Source of the DNA: Candidatus Glassbacteria bacterium
Lineage (GTDB): Bacteria > Gemmatimonadota > Glassbacteria > GWA2-58-10
NCBI GenBank assembly: GCA_016934095.1
Contig: JAFGTO010000276.1
Coordinates: 1-35,013, forward strand
Direction: 5' to 3'
Length of the DNA: 35,013 bases
The position numbers and the translations under genes are program-made. Positions 8,916-17,802 of the stretch are shown here, piece by piece. Numbering within the stretch: the stretch's first letter is position 1; every line of letters begins with the position of its first letter. The notes beneath the pieces were generated by a model. It was not told where the DNA came from and did no database searches. It saw nothing but the letters and a program-made list of their open reading frames with translations.

Positions 8916-10133
8916 CTATTCAAACGGCTCTTCTTTCTCGATGGCTTTCAGCTCTTGCCTGGCCTGCTCGTGCAGGCCGTTATGATCGTGGGAGTCCAAA
9001 GCATAGCGGCAGGCGCGCTCGGCACGCTCCCACTCGCCCTGGTAGCGGTAGATGCAGGCAGTAAAGAGGTGGGCCCACGGGACTATCCATTCCGGGTGCA
9101 TGGGGTTGGAGATTAAAATACTCCTTACTCCGGCGAAAGCCTCGTCCATTTTCTTGAGCTTGACCTGGGCCTCCACCGTTCTAAGGCGGCTGATCTCATA
9201 TACTTCCTCGCTGTAACTCGGCACACGGCTCAGCACTTTGGCCGTGATGTTGCGGTACACCGCTTCAGCCTGTTCCCAGCGGGCCAGCTTTCGCTGGCAT
9301 TCTCCCAGCACCAGGTGCAGGACCGCATTGCTCGGGAAACTGTTGTGCAGGCGCTCTGCCAGTTTCAAGGCTTTCTCGGTATTGTTTTCTTCCCCCAGGT
9401 AAATGGTAAGCAGGGCCACGCTGGCCCAGAGCCGGCTGTCCTCTCCCTTGTCGGCACAGTCTTCCAGCAGGCTCAAACCCAGTTCTTTCTTGCCCCGGGG
9501 CACCATCGCCACGAACTGCGCCATCCTTTTCCAGACAGAGCTGCCTCCCCAGAAATAATGGAAAACAGCCAGCGGCAGCCAGACATCTATGTCCTGGGGC
9601 ACCAGGGCCACCAGCTCCTCGGCTGCTTCCTTTGCCCCCCGGGTCGTCCAGCGGGAGGAAATATAATTGCCGCGTATCGCCTTGAAACGCGCCTCGGTGA
9701 TCATGGCCAGGGCTTTGAAAAAAAGCGCTCTTGAATACTCGGGGTCGGAAGATTTTATTTTGGATGAGTGTTTGATGCAGGCCCTGAGAGATTCAGTGAA
9801 CTGGTTGTGGTACCTGCGGTTTTCCGGGCTGATCGCGATAAACCAGCCATAACAGGCGGCCCTGACGAAATAAGCCCGGTAATCTCCGGCATCTGCAGCC
9901 AGCAGGTTTCCTACCCGCTCCAGGCTCTCCGTGAACCTCCCGGAGAAGTTCAACTGCACCAGCTCGCCGACCGGCCCTTCCAGGTACTCCGAACCCCTGG
10001 CCTCGGCGATCTTTACCGCACCAAGACCCAGGAAAACCAGCAGGCAGCAACGGCATAAGAGCCTGTTAACCGCTATGCCGCCGGGAGCTCTCCGGCTGAA
10101 GAGACACAACTCTACAACTTCACCATATGTCAA
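8916..10133 (-). CDS. secreted TPR-like repeat protein (hypothetical)
   Basis: 405 aa. TTG start at 10133 is coupled to the upstream stop (TGAgTTG), with GGGAGGA 8 nt upstream. N-terminal hydrophobic segment LLCRCCLLVFLGLGAVKIAEA looks like a signal peptide. The helical-repeat content includes W/Y/A-rich TPR-like pairs (for example WEQAEAVYRNI and GEWERAERACRYAL). Confidence 0.6.
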   Translation of the reverse strand: MTYGEVVELCLFSRRAPGGIAVNRLLCRCCLLVFLGLGAVKIAEARGSEYLEGPVGELVQLNFSGRFTESLERVGNLLAADAGDYRAYFVRAACYGWFIAISPENRRYHNQFTESLRACIKHSSKIKSSDPEYSRALFFKALAMITEARFKAIRGNYISSRWTTRGAKEAAEELVALVPQDIDVWLPLAVFHYFWGGSSVWKRMAQFVAMVPRGKKELGLSLLEDCADKGEDSRLWASVALLTIYLGEENNTEKALKLAERLHNSFPSNAVLHLVLGECQRKLARWEQAEAVYRNITAKVLSRVPSYSEEVYEISRLRTVEAQVKLKKMDEAFAGVRSILISNPMHPEWIVPWAHLFTACIYRYQGEWERAERACRYALDSHDHNGLHEQARQELKAIEKEEPFE

Positions 10134-10134
10134 C

Positions 10135-11979
10135 TCATAGTCCTCCCAGACTCTCCTGGCGCACTACCACGTCCCTGGCACAGCGGAAACCCACGTTGTT
10201 GTAAATCATATCAAAAGCCCCGTCGCCGCGAAAAGCGCCGCGCGCGTAATCTCCCGTTTCCATGAAAGATCCCCCGCGCATCACCTTACGTCCCCCGGCA
10301 GAGGTGAAATAAAACGAGTCTTCCGTATAGCCGGGATATGGTTTAAGGTCGGCGTTCACCCACTCCCAGACATTGCCGGCCAGGTCCATAACACCGAACT
10401 CATTGGCTCCACCCAGGAAACTCCCTACAGGCATCATAGTGCCGTAACCTGCTTCCCGGGTATTGCAGTAATTGGGAAGAAACCGGTCGCCCCAGGGCCA
10501 GCGGAAACCGCTGGATCCTCTTGCCGCTTTTTCCCACTCCTGTTCCGTGGGCAACCTTTTGCCGATCCATCTGGCGTATTTGGTGGCATTGTCCCAACTG
10601 ACGTAGACAACCGGGTAGTCATCCTCTCCTTCCGGGTAGCTGCCGTCTTTCCAACTGATCGGCGGGCTGTTGCCGGTGCTCTCGAGAAACCTTTTGTACT
10701 GCCGGTTAACGACTTCATAGCGGTCGATATAGAAGGAATCCAGGAAGACCCATCGCTTGGGAATCTCGCGATAAAGCAGGCGGTTTTCACGGAACTCCAG
10801 CATAGTCTCGCCGAGCTCACGGCTGTTGCTGCCGAAACTGAACTCACCGGCCGGGATCAGCACCATATTGGCCTTGGAAATAAAGTCCTGACGGGCCAGG
10901 CTCAGGCTGTCATCCGGGAAAAGCTCCAGCAGCTTGAGGTAATAGACTAAAGCCCCCTCCAGGTCCTTTTTGCGGAACAGGTCATCGGCGACAACCCGGT
11001 AATAGCGGGCCAGGTCTTCGCGGCGGCGTTTTTCAACCTCCTTTTCCTTTTTCTTCTGTTCTTCCTCCTGGCTTTTTCTGATTTGCTCCCGGCGCTGTCT
11101 ACTGAGGTCCGCCACCAGCTTGAGCATCCGGTCGTTCTTCCTCAGCCCTTCTTTGGCGGCCATGTCATCCGGTTGAACCACGTTGTCCAGCAGGAATTGA
11201 AAATATTTCTTAGACTTGTCGAACTGTCCATTGCGGTAGTATTGCTCAGCCAGAGCGTAGTAATAATCCGGCGGGCTCCCTTTCCTGATAACACCCAGCC
11301 CGACCTGGGCCTCGGTATCGATCAGGTCCAGGCAATCCCAAATATTTTCGGTAGCGTTCTGCTGTTCCGGGTCGATCTTCAAGACCCGGAAATAATAGAT
11401 AAGGGCGTAAGCAAAACGTCCGCTGTTTCTCTCCCGGTTGGCCCACTGGTAGTAGCTGCGGACCATGGCCGACTTTAGAGCCGGGACCAGTCTGTTTTCA
11501 GGGTCGCGGGCCAGGATCCTGTTGCACTCCGCCAGGCAGTTGGCGCTGTCCGGCTCGGTGTACTGATAGGCGGCGAAGTAATTTCGGGCGTTCTCCTCCA
11601 TTTCCCTCACCACATCCACTCTCTCGAAAGTTCGAGGCGGCAGGGTCCCCTCGATATCGACAAACTGCCCCACCTTGAGGCTGTCCCGCGCCTGGACGAC
11701 CCTGGCCAGGCAGCTTTCCTCCGACACCGCTATTACCTGCATGTCGGCTACATTCAGCGTATTCCGGTCTTCATCGAACTCGAACACCATGCCTCGCAAA
11801 CCCTGCCTGACCCCGTGTATGCTTCCCAGGTTTATCGCGATCACCTCGCCCATCACCCCGGTAACCTTGCCCAGCCGGCTGCCCGCCTGCAGCCCCGGCA
11901 GCAACAGCCAGCCTGCTGCTGCAAAGGCGGTCAGCAAGAGGATTATTATACGCCATGCTTTTGTCTTGTCGGTAAACAT
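10135..11979 (-). CDS. membrane-anchored TPR / coiled-coil protein with C-terminal FGE-sulfatase (SUMF1/EgtB/PvdO family) domain
   Basis: Start chosen at ATG 11979 (MFTDKTKAWRIIILLLTAFAAAGWLLL, a single TM anchor); the track start at 12123 would overlap the upstream gene by 77 nt. The C-terminal 260 aa match the FGE-sulfatase pattern: MVLIPAGEFSFG, YIDRYEVVNRQY, YPVVYVSWDNATKYARWIGKRLPTEQEWEKAARG, GNVWEWV, RGGSF, GFRCARD. The middle contains TPR-like repeats and a KE-rich coiled coil (RREQIRKSQEEEQKKKEKEVEKRRRED). Confidence 0.8.
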   Translation of the reverse strand: MFTDKTKAWRIIILLLTAFAAAGWLLLPGLQAGSRLGKVTGVMGEVIAINLGSIHGVRQGLRGMVFEFDEDRNTLNVADMQVIAVSEESCLARVVQARDSLKVGQFVDIEGTLPPRTFERVDVVREMEENARNYFAAYQYTEPDSANCLAECNRILARDPENRLVPALKSAMVRSYYQWANRERNSGRFAYALIYYFRVLKIDPEQQNATENIWDCLDLIDTEAQVGLGVIRKGSPPDYYYALAEQYYRNGQFDKSKKYFQFLLDNVVQPDDMAAKEGLRKNDRMLKLVADLSRQRREQIRKSQEEEQKKKEKEVEKRRREDLARYYRVVADDLFRKKDLEGALVYYLKLLELFPDDSLSLARQDFISKANMVLIPAGEFSFGSNSRELGETMLEFRENRLLYREIPKRWVFLDSFYIDRYEVVNRQYKRFLESTGNSPPISWKDGSYPEGEDDYPVVYVSWDNATKYARWIGKRLPTEQEWEKAARGSSGFRWPWGDRFLPNYCNTREAGYGTMMPVGSFLGGANEFGVMDLAGNVWEWVNADLKPYPGYTEDSFYFTSAGGRKVMRGGSFMETGDYARGAFRGDGAFDMIYNNVGFRCARDVVVRQESLGGL

Positions 11980-12046
11980 CCTGGTCAACCGGTAAAATTT
12001 TATTCGCTGCCGTGCGCAATCCCCGCGGCTTGCCGCAAGGGGGTCT

Positions 12047-14275
12047 TCAATCCCGGGCACGATTGCTTTCCGTGTCTCCTGGGCTTGCGGCTTCACGCTT
12101 GCGGCAGGCCGCCACATGAGCAACGGCCTTTACCTTTGCCGAAAGGTACTGTTCCAGGAGCTGCGACATCCGCCGGGCCGTCGAGGAGCGGTAAGGCAGG
12201 CTCACCCGGTAGCTGCCTGCAGCGGCCTGGATAACCAGCTGGTATACGATCACGACATTGTTCCTGGTCAGCTTCTCGACCGAGATGGCTTCGATCTCCC
12301 GGTAGGGCAATTCTCTCTCTGTGCCTGCGACAATAAATTTAATCATTGCGCTGGTAAAGACCAGGCCACAGCGGGTGGTGAAAGATTCTCCGGAACCGCC
12401 GTTGCTGTACCTCAGCACCGCGCTGCTGCCGCAGAAGCGGTTAAGAGGAATGAATAGCAGGTCTTCACTTTTCGGGTCCGGCTCCCGCAGTTTTTGCAGA
12501 TAATTCTCCGATAGTATATACTTCCGGAAAGAAAGCTCCTCCAGTTTTTGCAGCAAGACTTGCTCAGGTGAATCCGATCCGACCGGCGATCCGCAGTTGT
12601 CGCAGAGCGTGCTTTCCTGACGGCTGGTGTGCCCGCAGTGCGGACATACCCTTCTGCCTAATGTTTCGATCTCTTCCGCAGTACCTGCTTCCCGACCGGA
12701 CTTCCGCCTGTCCCCTGCCGGGCCCGGGCCAGCAACCGGCTCTTCTTCAGCGCTTTTCTCAAGCGATTCCCCGGCTGCCCCGGCCGGCACACTGCCGTCT
12801 TCACCCGCTCCGCTCTTTTTCAGCGGCTCGGCGCAGTTGGGGCATTGCTCGAGTTCTCTTTCCAGGATCAACCCGCAGAACGGGCACTTGACCATACCCG
12901 CCGCGGCCCCGGGATCACCGGGCGGACCGCTGCTTCCGGCTTGTTCTCCGGCGGCTTCAGCAGCCTCAGTCCCTTTGTCGCCGTTCTCAATGGCAAAAAC
13001 CGTCCGTTTCTCCCTCGCCTCCGGCAGCCCGTTCCGCCGGGACAAATCATCTCCCGGACCTTCCCGCCTTCTTTCCGGCGGAACGAGCTCAAGTTGGATG
13101 TCCCGAGTGCTTTTATCGGGTCCGGCTCCACCTCCCGGCCGGTCTGTCTTTTTGCTTTCCTCCCGTTCCGCTGGCAGCTCAGTAGTTTCCTGCGCAGTCT
13201 CCCGATCAGGGAGAGGTTCTTTCAGCGCGGAAGATTTTTCTTCCGGCTTATCCGCAGCCGTCCCGGCTGCCATAGGCTTACCGCATTCCGGACAGAACTT
13301 TACCACGCAGGATGCTTTGCTGCCGCAATTGAGGCAGGTTACAAGGCCTTGAGGTGTTTTCGCCTCCGGGGGCTTTGCAGCATCCTGCGGGGCCGCGGTC
13401 TCGCTGAAAGATTTAAGGAAGTAGAAATAGTGGTACCCTCCGTCGGTCCTGCTCATGTCGCTGCAGGCCTGGCTGACTGCTACGAAATCCACCTGGTCCG
13501 AATACCTGCTGTGTGCTATTACCAGGGCCAGGTCTGCGACCGAGCAGATTATCCGCGGGCACCCCTTGGAATAATTAAAGATCCCGGTATAACCATCCTC
13601 GCTGAAGATCTCCCGGCCGGCGGGGTTGCCTGCCAGGTGGAGGCGGTGACGGATCATCTCGCGGGTGTCATCCCGGTCCATATTCCTCAGAAAAAACCTC
13701 ACCGGCAGCCGCTGGTAAAACTCGGGCATCCCCCGGAGCGTCTCATCCAGCGGCCGCTGGCCGGAGAGGATAAAAGTCAGCAGGAAAGCATCGGAAACAC
13801 AAAAATTTAGCAGGATACGCAGCTCCTGCAGCAGGTCGGGACGGTGGCAGAGCATCTGCCCTTCATCCAGGATGACCACGCACTTGATCTGCTGTCGGTG
13901 GCATTCCAGCAGGAAGCGGCGCAGCTCGTTTAACAGGGTGAGCTTATCGGTCGTATTGGCCCCGACTCCCAGTTGACGGGTTATTTCGCCTACTATCTGG
14001 TTGGCGGTAAGTGTGGGATGGTCGATGAAAACCACCCGGCAGCCGCCCTGATACTGAGTCTCGAGGTCGCGGCTCAGCCTGGCGAGCAGGCTGGTCTTGC
14101 CGTCCCCGGCGTTCTCGCTTACCAGTAATGCCCCGCCTTTGTTCGAGATCACGGCATACTGCAGCCTGATCAGCCCCTCCTGATGCTGCTTGCTCATATA
14201 GAGCATATCAGGGTCCGGGGTCAGGGAGAAAGGAGCCTTTTCCAGTCCCCAATATTTGAGGTACTCGGGGAGCAT
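12047..14275 (-). CDS. ExeA/GspA/MshM-family AAA+ ATPase fused to three zinc ribbons and a beta-rich C-terminal module
   Basis: ATG 14275 gives MLPEYLKYWGLEKAPFSLTPDPDMLYMSKQHQEGL, the canonical ExeA N-terminus. Walker A is SENAGDGKTS and Walker B VVILDEGQ. Three CxxC-N10-CxxC units follow: CLNC..CPEC (about 13277-13345), CPFC..CPNC (about 12826-12896) and CPHC..CDNC (about 12578-12650), separated by P/E/A/G-rich linkers. I see no TM helix and no PG-binding domain. An alternative GTG start exists at 14365. Confidence 0.75.
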   Translation of the reverse strand: MLPEYLKYWGLEKAPFSLTPDPDMLYMSKQHQEGLIRLQYAVISNKGGALLVSENAGDGKTSLLARLSRDLETQYQGGCRVVFIDHPTLTANQIVGEITRQLGVGANTTDKLTLLNELRRFLLECHRQQIKCVVILDEGQMLCHRPDLLQELRILLNFCVSDAFLLTFILSGQRPLDETLRGMPEFYQRLPVRFFLRNMDRDDTREMIRHRLHLAGNPAGREIFSEDGYTGIFNYSKGCPRIICSVADLALVIAHSRYSDQVDFVAVSQACSDMSRTDGGYHYFYFLKSFSETAAPQDAAKPPEAKTPQGLVTCLNCGSKASCVVKFCPECGKPMAAGTAADKPEEKSSALKEPLPDRETAQETTELPAEREESKKTDRPGGGAGPDKSTRDIQLELVPPERRREGPGDDLSRRNGLPEAREKRTVFAIENGDKGTEAAEAAGEQAGSSGPPGDPGAAAGMVKCPFCGLILERELEQCPNCAEPLKKSGAGEDGSVPAGAAGESLEKSAEEEPVAGPGPAGDRRKSGREAGTAEEIETLGRRVCPHCGHTSRQESTLCDNCGSPVGSDSPEQVLLQKLEELSFRKYILSENYLQKLREPDPKSEDLLFIPLNRFCGSSAVLRYSNGGSGESFTTRCGLVFTSAMIKFIVAGTERELPYREIEAISVEKLTRNNVVIVYQLVIQAAAGSYRVSLPYRSSTARRMSQLLEQYLSAKVKAVAHVAACRKREAASPGDTESNRARD

Positions 14276-14379
14276 GCAGTGATTTCCCGGTTCTCGGTGA
14301 AGACACCCGGCCTGAAAACAAAACGCTGCTAGCGCTCTGCTTTCGTTTGCCTCAGCGAGCGACACAAGCCTGCCTTATA

Positions 14380-14535
14380 TTATTTCAAAGGCTGGCGGCT
14401 GTCAAGAAATGATCCGTCCACCGAGCGTTTCATCAAGTGCACAAACAACTTATCGTAATACCGGGACTTTTTCCTGTCGCCGAGAGCGGAATAAAGATGA
14501 ACGCAGGCCAGCAAAAAATTCGCATCGGGATTCAT
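14380..14535 (-). CDS. small hypothetical protein (51 aa), possibly the first gene of the ExeA-like operon
   Basis: ATG 14535 has AGGAG about 11 nt upstream. Translation is MNPDANFLLACVHLYSALGDRKKSRYYDKLFVHLMKRSVDGSFLDSRQPLK. It matches no recognisable family, so coding status is uncertain. Confidence 0.25.
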   Translation of the reverse strand: MNPDANFLLACVHLYSALGDRKKSRYYDKLFVHLMKRSVDGSFLDSRQPLK

Positions 14536-14808
14536 TTTAGTGCATCTCCTTTGCCTATTGGGGGCTACCTGCAAAAGAACAGGCAATCTTCATGCCATCA
14601 ATGGTTTGACTCTCACGACATGGCGCAGGCAATTATTCCTCAAGCTCCCGGGCTTTTTTGCTGTTCAATTTAATAACGAGCGCATTACCCTTGAGCCAAG
14701 CTGCGGGTAATCTTCAATCTTGTCTTCTCTATACGCGGGTTATATATTTACTTACAGGTTATCAAGTCCCGACTCGCTCACCGGGCTCATTGAAAAACGG
14801 GGTATTAA

Positions 14809-16992
14809 ATGGCTAAAGCTACTGCTGAAACCAAAAAAAACGGCCCTACCGCGGCTGACGAAAAGCAGGTACTCAACAACCTGCTCAAAATGCTGGTTTC
14901 CAAAAGACAGATCAGCGAAAAAGACCTGGACACCGTACTCGAGATTACTATTCAAAAACTGGTCGAGCTGGTAAAAGCCCAGGCCATAACTATCTATTCA
15001 GTGGGTAAGGACGGCCTGATTCATTTTACCAACGTGTATTTCAGCGAGCTGCTGTACAAAGACAATGAGGAGCTGCACGAGGCGTTTCAGAAAAAAGCCG
15101 ACCGCCTGCGAAAAATCACTCTCAAGAAAGGCCAGGGTATAGTGGGCAAAGTGATCGAGTCGGCTGAGACCTATATCTCTTTCGACACCCAGAACGACCC
15201 GAATTTTTACAGCGGAGTGGACGAGGAAACCGGCTTCCAGACCAAGAGCATGATCACCGTACCGGTGATTACGGACCAGGTTATCGGCTGTATCCAGATT
15301 ATCAACAAGAACCCCCCGGACGGGCCGGGACTGTTCACCGAAAAAGACCGGCAGCTGCTCGAGGAAGTGGCGGACTATTCGGCAAAAATCATCCAGAAAG
15401 TCCACCAGCCGGAAGTGAAAATGACCGATACGGAGCTGGCCTACTACCTGGCGAGGCTTACCGACCACGAATATTACGAGATCCGGGATGACTACGTGGC
15501 GGATGAGAAGCTGATGAACCTGGTGGGTGAGAACAACCTCAAAAAATTCCTCATCCTGCCTATCAAGAAAACCGGCTCGCAGGCGGTGGAGATCGCCATT
15601 TCCAACCCGGTCGATTTCGAGCGAATCGACAACTTTCGCTGGGCCACCAAGCTGGGCGTGGACAAGATCGTGGTCTCGGCGGAGAGCCAGATCAAGAGGA
15701 TTATCGAGGAGTATTTCAAGAACGATTCGACCGGTATCGACGAGGTTGCCGCCCTGGTGGGCGATACTTACGGAAGCGGCACGGATGGGGTGGAATCGGT
15801 GGAGCTGGAAGATGACGTGGATGAGGAGAGCACCCCCATCGTCCAACTGGCCAACCGGATTATCGAGGATGCTTACACCCGCGGCGCCAGCGACATCCAT
15901 ATAGAGCCGTTCGAGAAAGAAATTTTGGTGCGCTACCGGATCGACGGGGTCTGCCAGATAGCGCTCAAGCTTCCCCCCAACTCGATGAAAGCCCTGATAA
16001 GCCGTCTCAAGATCATGTCGGGGCTGAACATCGCCGAGAGGCGGCTGCCGCAGGACGGCCGTATCGTGTTCAAGGAGTTCACCCGCACAGGCATCGATAT
16101 CGACCTGCGCGTGGCCACCGGCCCGATGGTCTATGGTGAAAAGGTGGTCATGCGTATCCTGGACAAAACCAGCACTTCTGTCAGCCTGGACATGATGGGA
16201 TACTCGAAACACAACCTGGCGATATACGAGAAGATAGTTAAAAGCCCCTACGGTATGATCCTGCACGTAGGCCCGACCGGAAGCGGCAAAACGACCACCC
16301 TGTACGCGGCGCTGAACTATATCAACGATCCGGGCATCAATATCCAGACTGCGGAAGACCCGGTGGAGTACATGCTTTTCGGTATCAACCAGATGCCGGT
16401 GCGAAAAGAGATAGGCCTTACTTTCGCCAGCGCGCTGCGCTGCTATCTCCGCCAGGACCCGGATGTGATCCTGGTCGGCGAGATCCGGGACCTGGAAACC
16501 GCGGAAATCGCCATCGAAGCCTCGCTCACCGGGCATTTGCTGTTCAGCACGCTGCATACCAATGATGCCGCAGGCACGGTAACCCGTTTCCTGGACATGG
16601 GCATTCAGCCTTTCCTGGTCTCCAGCTCCCTGCTCTGCGTCTGCGCCCAGCGTCTGCTGCGGCGGCTCTGTCCCAAGTGCAAGGAAGCTTACGAGCCGTC
16701 CGAACAGGAACTGGAAGTCCTGGGAACCCTGGCCGAGGGTGCCACGCTGTTCAAAGCCAAGGGCTGCGACGCCTGCCACGGCAGCGGCTATAAAGGAAGG
16801 ATCGGCACCCACGAAGTACTGACCATGAGCGAAGAGATCAAAGAGGCGATCCTGCGCAAGCCCTCATCCGAGGAAATCAAGGAAGAGGCTATCAAAGCGG
16901 GGATGATCACGATCTACCTGGATTCCCTGGAGAAAGCCGCCAAGGGGATCACCTCGATCGAAGAGGTCTTGAGGGTGGTGCGGGCCGAATAG
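14809..16992 (+). CDS. GAF-domain-containing type II secretion / type IV pilus assembly ATPase (GspE/PilB/MshE family)
   Basis: 727 aa. Residues about 60-200 are GAF-like (AITIYSV...GIVGKVIESAETYISFD...KSMITVPV...VIGCIQIINK). A T2SSE_N-type domain follows (LILPIKKTGSQAVEIAISNPVDF). The ATPase core has Walker A GPTGSGKTTT, VGEIRD, His box FSTLHTNDA, and the tetracysteine CPKC...CDAC...GYKGRIG. Confidence 0.9.
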   Translation: MAKATAETKKNGPTAADEKQVLNNLLKMLVSKRQISEKDLDTVLEITIQKLVELVKAQAITIYSVGKDGLIHFTNVYFSELLYKDNEELHEAFQKKADRLRKITLKKGQGIVGKVIESAETYISFDTQNDPNFYSGVDEETGFQTKSMITVPVITDQVIGCIQIINKNPPDGPGLFTEKDRQLLEEVADYSAKIIQKVHQPEVKMTDTELAYYLARLTDHEYYEIRDDYVADEKLMNLVGENNLKKFLILPIKKTGSQAVEIAISNPVDFERIDNFRWATKLGVDKIVVSAESQIKRIIEEYFKNDSTGIDEVAALVGDTYGSGTDGVESVELEDDVDEESTPIVQLANRIIEDAYTRGASDIHIEPFEKEILVRYRIDGVCQIALKLPPNSMKALISRLKIMSGLNIAERRLPQDGRIVFKEFTRTGIDIDLRVATGPMVYGEKVVMRILDKTSTSVSLDMMGYSKHNLAIYEKIVKSPYGMILHVGPTGSGKTTTLYAALNYINDPGINIQTAEDPVEYMLFGINQMPVRKEIGLTFASALRCYLRQDPDVILVGEIRDLETAEIAIEASLTGHLLFSTLHTNDAAGTVTRFLDMGIQPFLVSSSLLCVCAQRLLRRLCPKCKEAYEPSEQELEVLGTLAEGATLFKAKGCDACHGSGYKGRIGTHEVLTMSEEIKEAILRKPSSEEIKEEAIKAGMITIYLDSLEKAAKGITSIEEVLRVVRAE

Positions 16993-17089
16993 GCGGGAAC
17001 TGAAGAAAGAAGGCCCCGGCTGAGCGCCGGCCCGGCGGAGCCGTTTCCCGGCTTGGACCTCAACCCCGGCCCTATTGCCGGCTTTCGGT

Positions 17090-17719
17090 CTATTCTTCCA
17101 GCTTCTCCATTACTTGCCTGCTGATCTCCAGAGCGATTCCCTCTGCAGTCTGCCGGGCGTCGATGACCCGGATACGCTCCGGGTCCTGTTCTGCGAGCTT
17201 GAGGAAAGTCCTGCGCACCCACTCGTGGAAAGCCTGCCCCTCCCCCTCCATCCTGTCTGTTTCCCCTCCTGCCAGGCCTTTACGCTCAAACCCCGCCTCA
17301 GGCGGCAGGTCGAGCAGGAAAGTCAAATCAGGCAGGATCCCTGCAGTGGCGAAAAGGTTCATCTCGCGCACCATTTCCATGTTCAGCGAGCGGGCCCCTG
17401 CCTGGTAGGCAAGCGTGGAATGATGAAAACGGTCGGTAATCACCACCTTGCCCGCGCTCAGCGCCGGCTCGATAACCTGACTGACCAGCTGCGCCCGGCT
17501 GGCCAGGTAGAGCAGCAGCTCCACCCGGGCGTTTAGCTCGTGGTGGGACCGGTCGAGCAGGATCTCCCTTATTTTCTCTCCGATCTCAGTGCCGCCCGGG
17601 TCCCGCACGCTCAGGACCTGATAGCCGGCTGCGGAAAGGCTGCGAGCCAACAGGGTGGCCTGGGTGGTTTTCCCGGCCCCCTCGCCGCCCTCAATCGAGA
17701 TAAACTTTCCTCTGTGCAT
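17090..17719 (-). CDS. tmk: thymidylate (dTMP) kinase
   Basis: 209 aa with GKFISIEGGEGAGKTTQ P-loop, the DRF motif (VITDRFHHST) and LID-region arginines. TAG stop. Confidence 0.9.
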   Translation of the reverse strand: MHRGKFISIEGGEGAGKTTQATLLARSLSAAGYQVLSVRDPGGTEIGEKIREILLDRSHHELNARVELLLYLASRAQLVSQVIEPALSAGKVVITDRFHHSTLAYQAGARSLNMEMVREMNLFATAGILPDLTFLLDLPPEAGFERKGLAGGETDRMEGEGQAFHEWVRRTFLKLAEQDPERIRVIDARQTAEGIALEISRQVMEKLEE

Positions 17720-17802
17720 GGGTCAAGAAACCGGTAAAATCCGTGAAATCTCAGGCAGGAATACTTTGTTTGAGCGAAGGTTCTTTTCGCCCCGAGAGAA
17801 TG

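Noticed and set aside
11980-12123. Longer N-terminal extensions given by the ORF track (12123 for the FGE protein, 5139 for ABC subunit 1, 3725 for Hcy-MT, 19044 for nadE, 20327 for YtxH-like, 14365 for ExeA-like)
   Set aside because: The extensions overlap upstream genes or encode Arg/Pro-rich junk. Internal ATGs with RBS-like purine tracts give N-termini that match the family consensus or a proper signal or TM segment.
16993-17089. Intrinsic terminator between the convergent PilB-like gene and tmk
   Set aside because: Only short, imperfect GC stems (CCGGC...GCCGG) are present, with no U-tract. That is not enough to call a terminator.
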